Notes under the pieces: model-generated
What the model was told of the DNA's origin: nothing
The model's input: the letters and a program-made list of their open reading frames with translations, nothing else
Databases searched by the model: none
Made by a program: the position numbers and the translations under genes
Virus record (IMG/VR): IMGVR_UViG_3300032232_000888
Location: 1 to 42,808 of that record
Source: a virus
Taxonomy: Duplodnaviria; Caudoviricetes
Strand: one strand, 5' to 3'
Length of the DNA: 42,808 bases
In this document: positions 9,443 to 19,277 of the stretch, one piece after another
How the letters are laid out: every line of letters begins with the position of its first letter
Position numbering within the stretch: the stretch's first letter is position 1

Positions 9443-11212
9443 ATGGCAGAATTATTCGGTTTCGAATTTAAAAGAAAAAATCAAAAAGTAGTTGACGAGA
9501 TCCAGTCGTTTGCTCCAAAAGAGACAGATGATGGTGCAGTTGTTGTTGCGGCTGGTGGTGCGTTTGGTACATATGTTGATCTTGACGGAACAGTTAGAAC
9601 AGAAGCGGAATTAGTAACTAAGTACCGTGAAATGTCACTTCATCCTGAATGTGATTCTGCTGTTGATGAAATCATTAATGAATCAATTTCTATTGACGAA
9701 GAAGTAATTGTACAGATTAATTTGGAAAATGTTAAAAACATGTCACCCCAAATTAAGAAAATAGTTACTGAAGAATTTCAAAACTGTTTAAATTTACTAC
9801 AGTTCAATAGCCATGCTTATGACATTTATCGTCGTTGGTATGTTGATGGGCGTTTATATTATCATGTTCTTGTAGATGAGAAAAATCCTAAAGAAGGTAT
9901 TAAAGAATTACGTTACGTTGATCCACGTAAGATCCGTAAGGTAAGAGAAGTTTCTAAAAAGAAAGTTCCTAACGGTAACTCTGGTGATGCAGTTATCTCT
10001 AGAGTCGCCAATGAATACTTTATCTTCAATGATAAAGGTTTTAATTATGGTAACAGAACATCCGGACCAACCACTTCTGGTTTAAAAATTGCCAAGGATT
10101 CAGTTCTACATGTTGTATCTGGTCTTACTGATAACCAAGGTACAATGGTTCTTTCATATTTACACAAAGCCATTAAGGCTCTTAATCAATTGCGTACTCT
10201 CGAAGACGCATTGGTTATCTATCGTTTAGCTCGCGCCCCCGAACGTCGTATTTGGTATATCGACGTAGGTAATCTCCCTAAGATGAAGGCAGAGCAGTAT
10301 GTTCGCGATATCATGGTCAAGCATAAAAACCGTTTGATCTATGACGCAGCATCTGGAGAAATTAGAGACGACCGTAAATTCATGACTATGTTGGAAGACT
10401 ATTGGCTTCCTCGTCGTGAAGGTGGTAGAGGTACGGAGGTTACTACCCTACCAGGCGGTCAAACACTTGGTCAAATGGACGACGTATTATATTTCCAAAA
10501 GAAGTTTCTCCAGACGCTCAACGTTCCAGTAAGTCGTCTTAACTCAGATGCCTTATTTTCTATTGGACGTGCTACCGAAATTACTCGTGATGAATTAAAG
10601 TTTGCTCGTTTCATTATTCGTCTTCGTTCAAGGTTCTCACAGTTATTTCTTAAGATGCTTGAAAAGCAATTGGTGCTTAAGGGTATTATGACACCAGACG
10701 ATTGGAATACTTTTACAAATGATATCAAGTTTGATTATGCCAAGGATAACTATTTCACTGAGCTTAAGGATGCTGAAATTGCTCAGGGTCGTATTCAGTT
10801 GGCTGGTGCGTTCCAGGACTTTGCTGGTAAGTATTATTCACATGACTGGATTCGTAGAAACGTTCTTCAGCAGACTGACGTTGATATTGAAGAGCAGGAA
10901 GCACAGATTGCTGCCGAGAATCAATCACAGGATCCACGTTGGATGAATCCAATGATTGAGCAGAATGCTATGCAAATGCAACAGCAACAGGCTCAGCAAG
11001 ATGGTGGCGAGCAAATGTCACCAGAAGATCAAAACAAATACGAACAAGTAAGACAGGCCATGATCTTTATAAAACAAATGAAGGAAAAAGGCAACCCTTC
11101 TAATAGATCAATTCAAGATCAATCAAAATATAAAGCAGCCGTTCAAATTGTAGCAAAAAATCCTGATATAGCTGATTCATTAAGTGCTAATCAGGGTCAA
11201 CCAACACAGTGA
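9443..11212 (+). CDS. gp20: Portal vertex protein, gp20
   Basis: LEDALVIYRLARAPERRIWYIDVGNLPK, EDYWLPRREGGRGTEVTTLPGG and EITRDELKF motifs; Gln-rich C-terminal extension. Confidence 0.97.
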   Translation: MAELFGFEFKRKNQKVVDEIQSFAPKETDDGAVVVAAGGAFGTYVDLDGTVRTEAELVTKYREMSLHPECDSAVDEIINESISIDEEVIVQINLENVKNMSPQIKKIVTEEFQNCLNLLQFNSHAYDIYRRWYVDGRLYYHVLVDEKNPKEGIKELRYVDPRKIRKVREVSKKKVPNGNSGDAVISRVANEYFIFNDKGFNYGNRTSGPTTSGLKIAKDSVLHVVSGLTDNQGTMVLSYLHKAIKALNQLRTLEDALVIYRLARAPERRIWYIDVGNLPKMKAEQYVRDIMVKHKNRLIYDAASGEIRDDRKFMTMLEDYWLPRREGGRGTEVTTLPGGQTLGQMDDVLYFQKKFLQTLNVPVSRLNSDALFSIGRATEITRDELKFARFIIRLRSRFSQLFLKMLEKQLVLKGIMTPDDWNTFTNDIKFDYAKDNYFTELKDAEIAQGRIQLAGAFQDFAGKYYSHDWIRRNVLQQTDVDIEEQEAQIAAENQSQDPRWMNPMIEQNAMQMQQQQAQQDGGEQMSPEDQNKYEQVRQAMIFIKQMKEKGNPSNRSIQDQSKYKAAVQIVAKNPDIADSLSANQGQPTQ

Positions 11213-11221
11213 GGTTAATAA

Positions 11222-11443
11222 ATGAGTGATTATAAATATGATATGAGCGATTTAGTATCTGCAGCTGCTGCTCAAAAGCCATTAGATTTTGAAGCAGCGT
11301 TTAACGATTTAATTGTTGACAGAATTGCAACAGCAATTAACGATAAGAAAATATCTGTTGCTCAGCAAATGTATGGTTATACCACAGATAACGAAGAAAC
11401 CGAAGAAGAACTAGAGGATCATCAAGATGGCGAAACCGCTTAG
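11222..11443 (+). CDS. Small acidic prohead core protein (gp67-like by position)
   Basis: Short protein with an acidic tail directly after the portal; GAGG RBS. Confidence 0.6.
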   Translation: MSDYKYDMSDLVSAAAAQKPLDFEAAFNDLIVDRIATAINDKKISVAQQMYGYTTDNEETEEELEDHQDGETA

Positions 11444-12446
11444 AGACATTGCTTCTAAAGCTCCTAAAGAAGGTAAACTTTCAGGAGTAAAAAAGAGTAC
11501 AACTGAACCTGAAGATATTTCAGATTTCAATGCATCATCAGGCAATCAGGATTTCGCCAAAGATCATAAGGTTGAAAAGCATTCCGATCGTGTAGGTAAT
11601 GACGATGATGTTTACAAAGGTAAAACTAAAAAAGCCGAAATGCAAAGACACGGTTATAAAAAGCCACAAGATGAAAAAATATATGAAGCTAAGTGTAATA
11701 TGACAGAAGCCGGAACTATGTGTGAAGTTCATGGCGATAAGGCTTGTTCTTCTGATAAAGTACCAGAAGCTGGCGTTGGTAAAAGAGGAATGATTGCTGA
11801 TAAGAAAAAGCTTCAGGAAGTATTGACTAAGAAAACTGGTGCATACTATGGTATGCATAAAGAAAATTCTGAACAGCTAGATGAAATGCCATCTCAGCAT
11901 AGAAGCGCAGCTGGTTCTGGTAGAAATACTAATCCTAACTTAAGTAAGTTAGCTCGTAAGCTTTCTATGGAAAAACCAAGATACTTTAGACCAAAGGATA
12001 AAAAGTCAAAAGCTGACGAAAGAGATGAAGGCGAAAAGCTTTCTGCTGGTAAAGAAATAAAGAGATACCCTGCAGGCAAAGCAAAAGGCGTTAGAGAAGA
12101 AGCTGAGCAGATTGACGAAATTTCAAAAGATCTTGCTGGTGATTATATCAAGTCAGCTTCTTCATCAGCAGCAAATTTAAAAACAGATGCTGCTTATGCT
12201 AATATGACTAATGATGATGCAAGAGCAAATAAGAACAGAGACAAGGCTCGTAATCGTCAGGCTGGAATTTACACTGCTGTTAATAAAATAACAGGTCGCG
12301 CAAAGGTTCCTGCTAATGAAGAACTAGCAATGCCAATGCTTGAAGGTGGTAAGAAAAAGAAAACAGAAAAAGAATCAGCGCCTGGAGATACTCCTATAAG
12401 AATGCCTTCTGGTAATGTTGGCGATTCAGATACAGGGAGAATATAA
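11427..12446 (+). CDS. Charged prohead core / internal head protein
   Basis: Lies between portal and protease; K/E-rich; repeated [LI]xE motifs (IYE, LQE, LDE, IDE). Confidence 0.55.
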   Translation: MAKPLRDIASKAPKEGKLSGVKKSTTEPEDISDFNASSGNQDFAKDHKVEKHSDRVGNDDDVYKGKTKKAEMQRHGYKKPQDEKIYEAKCNMTEAGTMCEVHGDKACSSDKVPEAGVGKRGMIADKKKLQEVLTKKTGAYYGMHKENSEQLDEMPSQHRSAAGSGRNTNPNLSKLARKLSMEKPRYFRPKDKKSKADERDEGEKLSAGKEIKRYPAGKAKGVREEAEQIDEISKDLAGDYIKSASSSAANLKTDAAYANMTNDDARANKNRDKARNRQAGIYTAVNKITGRAKVPANEELAMPMLEGGKKKKTEKESAPGDTPIRMPSGNVGDSDTGRI

Positions 12447-12724
12447 TGGCAGCAATAATTAAACCACTCGGAACAGAATCTGTTTGTAATACAATAACCT
12501 TTAGTTCTTATAGCAACAGCGCATTAGTAAAAATATCACATGCTTCTGCAGTTACAACTTTAGCTTTAATTACATGTAAAGATTCTACAAATACTACTAC
12601 TAAATGGACAATGTCTATTATTGGTGGTGAAACATTGATTGTTGAAAAAGGTGCAACAGATATTTTGACTTCGAATAACACAGCTGCTACATTAGTAGCT
12701 GTTCCTGTTGCATATAAGAATTAA
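12446..12724 (+). CDS. Hypothetical protein (small gene preceding gp21)
   Basis: Translationally coupled ORF (TAATG overlap) in the head module. Confidence 0.6.
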   Translation: MAAIIKPLGTESVCNTITFSSYSNSALVKISHASAVTTLALITCKDSTNTTTKWTMSIIGGETLIVEKGATDILTSNNTAATLVAVPVAYKN

Positions 12725-12733
12725 GAGGAAAAC

Positions 12734-13408
12734 ATGAAACTCTTTACAGAATTAGTTGAAGACGTTCAGTTCGTTACCGAAGCAAAAGAAAACGGTAAGA
12801 AAGATTGTTTCATTGAAGGCATTTTTCTTCAGGCTGAATTACAAAACCGTAACGGTCGTGTTTATCCAATAGGAGTATTGGAAAACGAAGTCAAGCGTTA
12901 CATGAGAGAAACCGTTGATAAGGGTCGCGCCTACGGCGAGCTTGGTCACCCAGCTGGTCCATCTATTAATCTTGATAGAGTATCACATATTATTACAGAG
13001 TTGAAAAGAGATGGAAATAACTTTCTTGGAAAAGCTAAACTTACAGAAACTCCTATGGGAAACATTGCACGTGGTTTGTTGGAGTCTGGTGCTAACCTTG
13101 GCGTTTCTTCCCGTGCTATGGGTTCACTAAAAGAATCAAACGGTAAGATGATCGTACAAAGCGATCTAAAGCTTTCAACCGCTGCTGACATTGTTGCTGA
13201 TCCTTCCGCCCCTGATGCATTCGTTAAGGGTATTATGGAAAACGTAGAATGGATTTATGATCCAGTAAAGAATACTTGGCGTGAAGAAAAGCTTCATGAA
13301 ACTAGAAAAGCAATTCATAACATGTCAAAATCACAACTCGAAGAGCAGCGTTTGGCTATTTTCGAAGATTATATTGCTTCATTAGCAATAAAGAACAAAT
13401 TTATATAA
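12734..13408 (+). CDS. gp21: Prohead core protease, gp21
   Basis: NRNGRVYP, GELGHP, LGVSSRAMGS and DIVADPSAPDAFV motifs. Confidence 0.96.
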   Translation: MKLFTELVEDVQFVTEAKENGKKDCFIEGIFLQAELQNRNGRVYPIGVLENEVKRYMRETVDKGRAYGELGHPAGPSINLDRVSHIITELKRDGNNFLGKAKLTETPMGNIARGLLESGANLGVSSRAMGSLKESNGKMIVQSDLKLSTAADIVADPSAPDAFVKGIMENVEWIYDPVKNTWREEKLHETRKAIHNMSKSQLEEQRLAIFEDYIASLAIKNKFI

Positions 13409-13411
13409 ATA
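13404..13411 (+). promoter_or_regulatory. T4-type late promoter upstream of gp22
   Basis: Exact TATAAATA overlapping the gp21 stop. Confidence 0.78.
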
Positions 13412-13440
13412 ATTTTAAATTCTATTAAGGAGATTTTTTA

Positions 13441-14523
13441 ATGGCTAACGAACAAAATAAGGACTTAGAAAATATGGAAGAGCTTCCTGTTGATGCAATT
13501 GAAAATGAAGAGGAATCAGAACTTGATGAAGAATCAATGGCTGCTGCAACTCTTAAGCCAAATTCTAAGCCTGCTCCTGATGCCAAGTCAAAGATTGGTA
13601 TGATGCAGTCAGTTATGGGTCAGATGCATCAGATGTCAAAGGGTGATCTTACTCATTGGTTCAATGCAACTATGGCTCAGTTTGGTCCAGGTAAAACTTA
13701 TGGTGTTGGTGACAATTCTGCAAGTAACGCCTCAACTATCGATATGACTACTGGTAAGGGTCCAAAAACTAAGGACGGAATGCCAAAGCTTAATATGAAA
13801 GAAGACGTTGAAGAAATGTTTGCTGGTTCTGATCTTTCCGAAGAATTTAAGGACAAGGTATCAACCCTTTTCGAAGCAGCTATTTCTGCCCGCACTATCA
13901 CAGAAACTGCCCGTCTCGAAGAAGAATTTGAACAGAAGCTTGAAGAACAAGTATCTATTATCAATGAAGAACTTGCTTCAAAAATCGACACTTATCTAGA
14001 CTACGTAGTAGAAAACTGGATGAAAGAAAACGAAGTAGCCATCGAATCAGCTCTCCGCAATGAGATCATGGAAGAATTTATGGATGGTCTAAAGAATCTT
14101 TTCTCAGAGCATTATATCAATGTTCCTGAAGATAAGGTAGAAGTTCTAGAAGCTCTTGCTCAGAAGGTAAGTGAACTAGAAGTAAAGCTTGATGAAACAA
14201 TTTCCGAAAACGCAATCCTAAAGGGTGAGTTAGTAGAAGATCAAGCTAGAGGTATTTTTGAAGAACTTGCTTCTGACCTTGCACTAACACAGCAGGAAAA
14301 ATTCTCAGCTCTAGCCGAAGGAATTGAATTTGACGGCAATCTTGAAACATATGCGAAAAAGTTGAACATCATTAAGGAAAACTATTTCCGTACTGAACCA
14401 GCTTCATATTCTTCTAATATCGAAGAAGAAACATTCGAAGGCGAAATTTCTGAATCAACTCGTTACGTAGATCCAAACGTTAACCGTTATGTTCAGGCTA
14501 TTGCCAGAAACGTTAAAAAGTAA
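13441..14523 (+). CDS. gp22: Prohead core scaffold protein, gp22
   Basis: Acidic coiled-coil with LSEEFK..TLFEAA, YLDYVVENWMKEN and IIKENYF; located between gp21 and gp23. Confidence 0.93.
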   Translation: MANEQNKDLENMEELPVDAIENEEESELDEESMAAATLKPNSKPAPDAKSKIGMMQSVMGQMHQMSKGDLTHWFNATMAQFGPGKTYGVGDNSASNASTIDMTTGKGPKTKDGMPKLNMKEDVEEMFAGSDLSEEFKDKVSTLFEAAISARTITETARLEEEFEQKLEEQVSIINEELASKIDTYLDYVVENWMKENEVAIESALRNEIMEEFMDGLKNLFSEHYINVPEDKVEVLEALAQKVSELEVKLDETISENAILKGELVEDQARGIFEELASDLALTQQEKFSALAEGIEFDGNLETYAKKLNIIKENYFRTEPASYSSNIEEETFEGEISESTRYVDPNVNRYVQAIARNVKK

Positions 14524-14528
14524 TTTTT

Positions 14529-14536
14529 TATAAATA
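14529..14536 (+). promoter_or_regulatory. T4-type late promoter upstream of gp23
   Basis: Exact TATAAATA in the intergenic region. Confidence 0.8.
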
Positions 14537-14574
14537 AAATTAAATCCTATTTAATAACCCGAAAGGAAAAATAA

Positions 14575-15933
14575 ATGTATCTAGCTGAGGAAATTCAAAA
14601 CAAGTGGGCACCTGTCCTTGACCATGACGCTCTTGGCGTTATTAAGGATCAGCATCGCCGTTCCGTAACTGCAGTAATGCTTGAAAACACTGAGAAGGCT
14701 CTTATGGAATCTGCTGCTCATGGTCAATATCAGACTATGATGACAGAATCTCCAGTTCCAGCCAACTTCATGGGCGCTTCCAGCTCAACTGCTGGTGCTG
14801 GTGGTATCGATACTTTCGATCCAGTACTTATTTCTCTAGTACGTCGTGCAATGCCTAACCTTATTGCCTATGACATCTGCGGCGTTCAGCCAATGACTGG
14901 TCCAACTGGCTTGATTTTCGCAATGCGTTCACGCTATGCTAACCAGGCTGGTGATGAAACCTTCTACAACGAAGTGAATACTTCATTCTCATCTGTTACT
15001 TCTGGTGCTAACACTTTCGGTAACAAGTTTGTTGGTTCTATCCCAGGCGCTTCAAACACTTCACCACTTACAGCTGTTAATACATATAACACTGGTACTG
15101 GTATGACAAGAGCCCAGAGCGAAGCTCTTGGAACTGATTCAAATACTGCTTTCCCACAGATGGCTTTCAGCATCGAAAAGGTTACAGTAACTGCTAACAC
15201 TCGTGCCCTAAAAGCAGAATACACTATGGAACTTGCCCAGGATCTTAAGGCAATCCATGGTCTAGACGCTGAAACAGAATTGTCAAATATTCTATCAGCT
15301 GAAATTCTTGCTGAAATTAACCGTGAAGTTGTTCGTACTATCAACATCACTGCTGTTGCTGGTGCTCAGGATAACGTAACTACTGCTGGTATCTTCGATC
15401 TTGATACTGATTCTAACGGTCGTTGGTCAGTTGAAAAGTTTAAGGGTCTTATGTTCCAGCTTGAAAGAGAAGCTAACCAGATTGCTAAGCAGACTCGTCG
15501 TGGTAAGGGTAACATCGTTATCTGTTCTTCAGACGTTGCTTCTGCTCTTCAGATGGCTGGTGTTCTTGACTACACCCCTGCTCTTAACTCAAACAATCTT
15601 CAGGTAGATGACACTGGTAACACTTTCGCTGGTGTTCTTAACGGTCGTCTAAAGGTATACATCGATCCATACGCAATCGGTGGTAACTACCTAACTGTTG
15701 GCTATAAGGGTTCGTCAGCTTTCGACGCTGGTCTATTCTATTGCCCATACGTTCCTCTACAGATGGTTCGTGCAGTTGATCAGGATTCCTTCCAGCCTAA
15801 AATTGGTTTCAAGACCCGTTACGGCATGGTAGCAAATCCATTCGCTGAAGGTGCAAATAAAGGTTCTGGTCGTTCAAACGTAATCAGCACTAACGTTTAC
15901 TATCGTCGTATTATCGTAAACAACCTAATGTAA
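14575..15933 (+). CDS. gp23: Major capsid protein, gp23
   Basis: KWAPVLDH, CGVQPMTGPTGLIFAMR, RALKAEYTMELAQDLKAIHGLDAE and FQPKIGFKTRYG motifs. Confidence 0.98.
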   Translation: MYLAEEIQNKWAPVLDHDALGVIKDQHRRSVTAVMLENTEKALMESAAHGQYQTMMTESPVPANFMGASSSTAGAGGIDTFDPVLISLVRRAMPNLIAYDICGVQPMTGPTGLIFAMRSRYANQAGDETFYNEVNTSFSSVTSGANTFGNKFVGSIPGASNTSPLTAVNTYNTGTGMTRAQSEALGTDSNTAFPQMAFSIEKVTVTANTRALKAEYTMELAQDLKAIHGLDAETELSNILSAEILAEINREVVRTINITAVAGAQDNVTTAGIFDLDTDSNGRWSVEKFKGLMFQLEREANQIAKQTRRGKGNIVICSSDVASALQMAGVLDYTPALNSNNLQVDDTGNTFAGVLNGRLKVYIDPYAIGGNYLTVGYKGSSAFDAGLFYCPYVPLQMVRAVDQDSFQPKIGFKTRYGMVANPFAEGANKGSGRSNVISTNVYYRRIIVNNLM

Positions 15934-15967
15934 TATTAGGAAGAAGACGGTTTCAAGCCGCAAACTT

Positions 15968-15994
15968 AAGGGGATCTTCGGGTCCCCTTTTTTT
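15968..15994 (+). terminator. Intrinsic terminator after gp23 (C-UUCG-G tetraloop)
   Basis: AAGGGGATC-TTCG-GGTCCCCTT followed by a T run; this tetraloop is characteristic of T4-type terminators. Confidence 0.88.
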
Positions 15995-15996
15995 CA

Positions 15997-16004
15997 TATA
16001 AATA
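15997..16004 (+). promoter_or_regulatory. T4-type late promoter upstream of gp3
   Basis: Exact TATAAATA just after the gp23 terminator. Confidence 0.78.
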
Positions 16005-16028
16005 GTTGATGTATAATGGAGGAATGTT

Positions 16029-16550
16029 ATGAGCGCAATTGACAATACACCACAAAACAAAAACTTTTTAAGCCCTCTTAATTTTAAATTTCAAATTAAG
16101 AAAGCACCACATGTTAACTTCTTTGTTCAAAGAGTTAACATACCTGATATCGCAGTTCGAACTCCTGAAACAATGAATCCTTTTGTTAGAATTCCTTATC
16201 CTGGCGATCACGTGGAATATGGAATATTTAACATATCATTTAAGGTAGATGAAGACCTGCAAAACTATCTAGAAATTCATAAGTGGTTAAGAGCCTTTGG
16301 TAAACCAGAAGAATTCGAAGAGTATAAAAACCTAGCAGATATTGCTTCTTGGACTGGCGATGGTTTGTATTCAGACATATCGCTTATGATTCTTGCAAGC
16401 ACTAAAATGCCAAACTATGAAATAGTATATGTCGATGCATTTCCTATATCCCTATCAGGTTTGAATTTCAACACTGTAGATTCTGATATCAAATATGTCG
16501 AAGCTTCTGCTACTTTCAGATACACTTATTATACAATATCTAAAATTTAG
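16029..16550 (+). CDS. gp3: Tail tube terminator / tail completion protein, gp3-like
   Basis: NFLSPLNFKF, VNFFVQRVNIP, FKVDEDLQNYLEIHKW and DAFPISLS motifs; gp23-gp3-uvsY-uvsW synteny. Confidence 0.85.
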   Translation: MSAIDNTPQNKNFLSPLNFKFQIKKAPHVNFFVQRVNIPDIAVRTPETMNPFVRIPYPGDHVEYGIFNISFKVDEDLQNYLEIHKWLRAFGKPEEFEEYKNLADIASWTGDGLYSDISLMILASTKMPNYEIVYVDAFPISLSGLNFNTVDSDIKYVEASATFRYTYYTISKI

Positions 16551-16607
16551 CTTTACTTTCTACTAAAAGTATAATATTATATAATATTAATACTTTAGAG
16601 AGTTGCA

Positions 16608-17042
16608 ATGAAAATCGAAGATATTCTTGAACAGTGGAAACAAGATTCAGAAATAGATCGTACAGAGCTCGGCGACGAGGCTCTGAAGATACCAAAACTT
16701 CATCACAAATACTTTCAAATTTACATACAAGAAAAACTTGCTCTTCGTTCACTCGATGCTGATATGAAAAAGTTAAAGCTCGATAAGCATGAGTTTTTTA
16801 CACAGGGTCATACTGAAGAAACTAGATCTAAGATGTGGGAGTTACCAGCTCGTGGCCTTATTCTTAAAACAGATATACCTATGTACATGGATGCTGATAA
16901 AGATCTTATTAAGCTATCGCTCAAGATTGGTGTACAGCAAGAGAAATTAGAATTACTTGAATCGATAATCAAAAGCTTAACTAATAGAGGCTTTCAAATT
17001 AAGTCAGCTATTGAGTGGCAGAAATTTACTATGGGAGCATAA
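16608..17042 (+). CDS. uvsY: Recombination mediator UvsY
   Basis: DSEID..L..E..KIPKLHHKY and RGFQIKSAIEWQKF..G motifs. Confidence 0.92.
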   Translation: MKIEDILEQWKQDSEIDRTELGDEALKIPKLHHKYFQIYIQEKLALRSLDADMKKLKLDKHEFFTQGHTEETRSKMWELPARGLILKTDIPMYMDADKDLIKLSLKIGVQQEKLELLESIIKSLTNRGFQIKSAIEWQKFTMGA

Positions 17043-18499
17043 TGGAAATAATTGAAATAGAAAAAGTCAACGAGACTTACAATAAAATTATTGCTGACCC
17101 TTCAACAATTATGGAGTTGAGTGGGTATTTCACGTTTGATGTTCCTGGCGCTAAGTTCACACCAGCCTATCGTAACAAATATTGGGACGGTAAGATACGC
17201 CTTCTTAATACAATGACGTGTTTACTTTATGCTGGTCTCAATTCATATGTTGAAGAGTTTGCCAACAAACGTAATTACCTAATAGTATATAAGTCAGATT
17301 TTTCCGCTGACGAATTTTCTGTTAAAGAAGCAAAAGATTTTATACAAACTTTAAACTTACCTGAAAAATATAACCCAAGAGATTACCAACTGGAGGCTTT
17401 TATACATGCTGTACGTCATCGTAGATCTTTACTTCTCTCACCCACAGCCTCAGGCAAATCGTTTATCATCTATTTAATAACGAGGTACTACCATGCACGG
17501 ACTCTTATTATTGTCCCAACTACTTCTTTGGTTAGTCAACTTGCCTCTGACTTTAGCGACTATGGCTTTGTATCTGATAGGTACGTTCATCGAATCTTTG
17601 CTGGACAAGATAAACAAACGAATAAACCAATTACCATCTCAACCTGGCAGTCGATATATAAACTTCCTAAAGAGTATTTCGAACAATTTGATGTGGTCAT
17701 AGGCGATGAAGCCCATCTTTTCAAAGCTAAATCTCTTACTACTATTATGTCTAATCTTGATAGTTGTAGATTTCGCTTCGGGTTTACAGGTACTTTGGAC
17801 GGCACTCAAACTCATAAGCTTGTTCTTGAAGGTTTGTTTGGTCCTACTAGGAAAGTTACTAGCACTGCTGAGTTAATAGAACAGAAACATCTGGCAGAAT
17901 TTAAGATCAAAGCAATAGTGCTTTCTTACCCAGAAGAAGTAAGAAAGATGATCGCACGTGCGACTGACTACCAAGCCGAGATGGATTATCTTGTAAGACT
18001 AGAAGCTCGTAATAAGTTTATACGTAACCTCGCGCTATCGCTCGAGGGCAACACATTGTTGCTGTTTCAATATGTTGATAAACATGGTAAAGGTCTTTAT
18101 GATAAATTAATGCAGGAAGCAGGAGATCGTAAAATATTTTACGTATCTGGTGAAGTTGATGGAGAGGAACGTGAAGAAATTCGTAAGATCGTTGAAGCAG
18201 AACAAAACGCAATTATCGTTGCTAGTTATGGAACTTTCTCCACAGGTGTTAACATTCGTAATTTGCATAACGTTATATTCTCTAGTCCTTCCAAATCTAA
18301 AATTAGAAACTTACAGTCTATTGGTCGAGGACTACGTAAGTCAGATAGTAAGGATAGCGCAACGCTTTACGACATTGCCGATGACATGAGCTGGAAAAGT
18401 AAGAAAAATTTTACTCTACTTCACTTTATGGCACGTATAGGGATATACAATGAAGAGAAATTTCCGTATAAGATCTATAACGTAAACCTTAATATATGA
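17042..18499 (+). CDS. uvsW: SF2 DNA helicase UvsW
   Basis: PRDYQ, SPTASGKS, DEAH, GFTGT and LQSIGRGLR motifs; ATG at 17042 is coupled to the uvsY stop. Confidence 0.96.
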   Translation: MEIIEIEKVNETYNKIIADPSTIMELSGYFTFDVPGAKFTPAYRNKYWDGKIRLLNTMTCLLYAGLNSYVEEFANKRNYLIVYKSDFSADEFSVKEAKDFIQTLNLPEKYNPRDYQLEAFIHAVRHRRSLLLSPTASGKSFIIYLITRYYHARTLIIVPTTSLVSQLASDFSDYGFVSDRYVHRIFAGQDKQTNKPITISTWQSIYKLPKEYFEQFDVVIGDEAHLFKAKSLTTIMSNLDSCRFRFGFTGTLDGTQTHKLVLEGLFGPTRKVTSTAELIEQKHLAEFKIKAIVLSYPEEVRKMIARATDYQAEMDYLVRLEARNKFIRNLALSLEGNTLLLFQYVDKHGKGLYDKLMQEAGDRKIFYVSGEVDGEEREEIRKIVEAEQNAIIVASYGTFSTGVNIRNLHNVIFSSPSKSKIRNLQSIGRGLRKSDSKDSATLYDIADDMSWKSKKNFTLLHFMARIGIYNEEKFPYKIYNVNLNI

Positions 18500-18550
18500 T
18501 CACAACAGTACTGATTATACTGTAATTTTGAAATAAGTAAAGGGATAAAA

Positions 18551-19096
18551 ATGGCCAGAGTAAAAAATTATATCAATAATAAAACATTGTATACTTCGAT
18601 GGTTGAATATAAAACAAAATTAAACCAAGCTTTTCGTGAAGATAAACCAAAGCCACAAGTATCTAATTACATCGGTCAGTCTATTCTTTTAATTTGTAAT
18701 AACTTGGCCAAGAAACCTAACTTCTCTGGTTACACCTATAAACAGGATATGATCTCTGATGGTATAATTGATTGTATAGCAGCCGTTGATAATTTTGATC
18801 CTGATAGAACTAATAATCCCTTTGCATATTTTACACAAATAGCCTGGAATGCATTCATAAGAAGAATACAAAAAGAAAAGAAACAGACATATATCAAACA
18901 TAAGAATTTTGAAAACAGTTTCCTTATGAATGAATTGTGGGATGATGCTGAAAATATTCATTTAAAAGCAAACGAATATTCATCAGAGGTTGTAAGGTCG
19001 TATGAAAATAAGTTGACTAAACCTAAGAAACAGGGTAAACTAAAAGGAATTGAAGTGTTTTCAGTTACAGAAGACGAGGTAAAAAATGAAGAATGA
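18551..19096 (+). CDS. gp55: Late-transcription sigma factor, gp55
   Basis: NYINNK, PNFSGYTYKQDMISDG and NPFAYFTQIAWNAFIRRIQKEKKQ motifs. Confidence 0.95.
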   Translation: MARVKNYINNKTLYTSMVEYKTKLNQAFREDKPKPQVSNYIGQSILLICNNLAKKPNFSGYTYKQDMISDGIIDCIAAVDNFDPDRTNNPFAYFTQIAWNAFIRRIQKEKKQTYIKHKNFENSFLMNELWDDAENIHLKANEYSSEVVRSYENKLTKPKKQGKLKGIEVFSVTEDEVKNEE

Positions 19097-19277
19097 ACAT
19101 CTAGTACCAGTCAATATTGTTGATTTGGTAAATAAACTCAGTGATCTCTCAGTAAGAGAAAATGAACGTAATAACTACGTTCTTCGTTTAGAAGCAACAG
19201 CTGCTTATATCAATGAGTCTTTGGTCAAACACAAAACACAAACTGCAGCTTTTACAAAGAAGAAAAACTTTAGATGA
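19086..19277 (+). CDS. Hypothetical protein
   Basis: 63-aa ORF with GAGG RBS filling the gp55-gp47 gap. Confidence 0.6.
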   Translation: MKNEHLVPVNIVDLVNKLSDLSVRENERNNYVLRLEATAAYINESLVKHKTQTAAFTKKKNFR

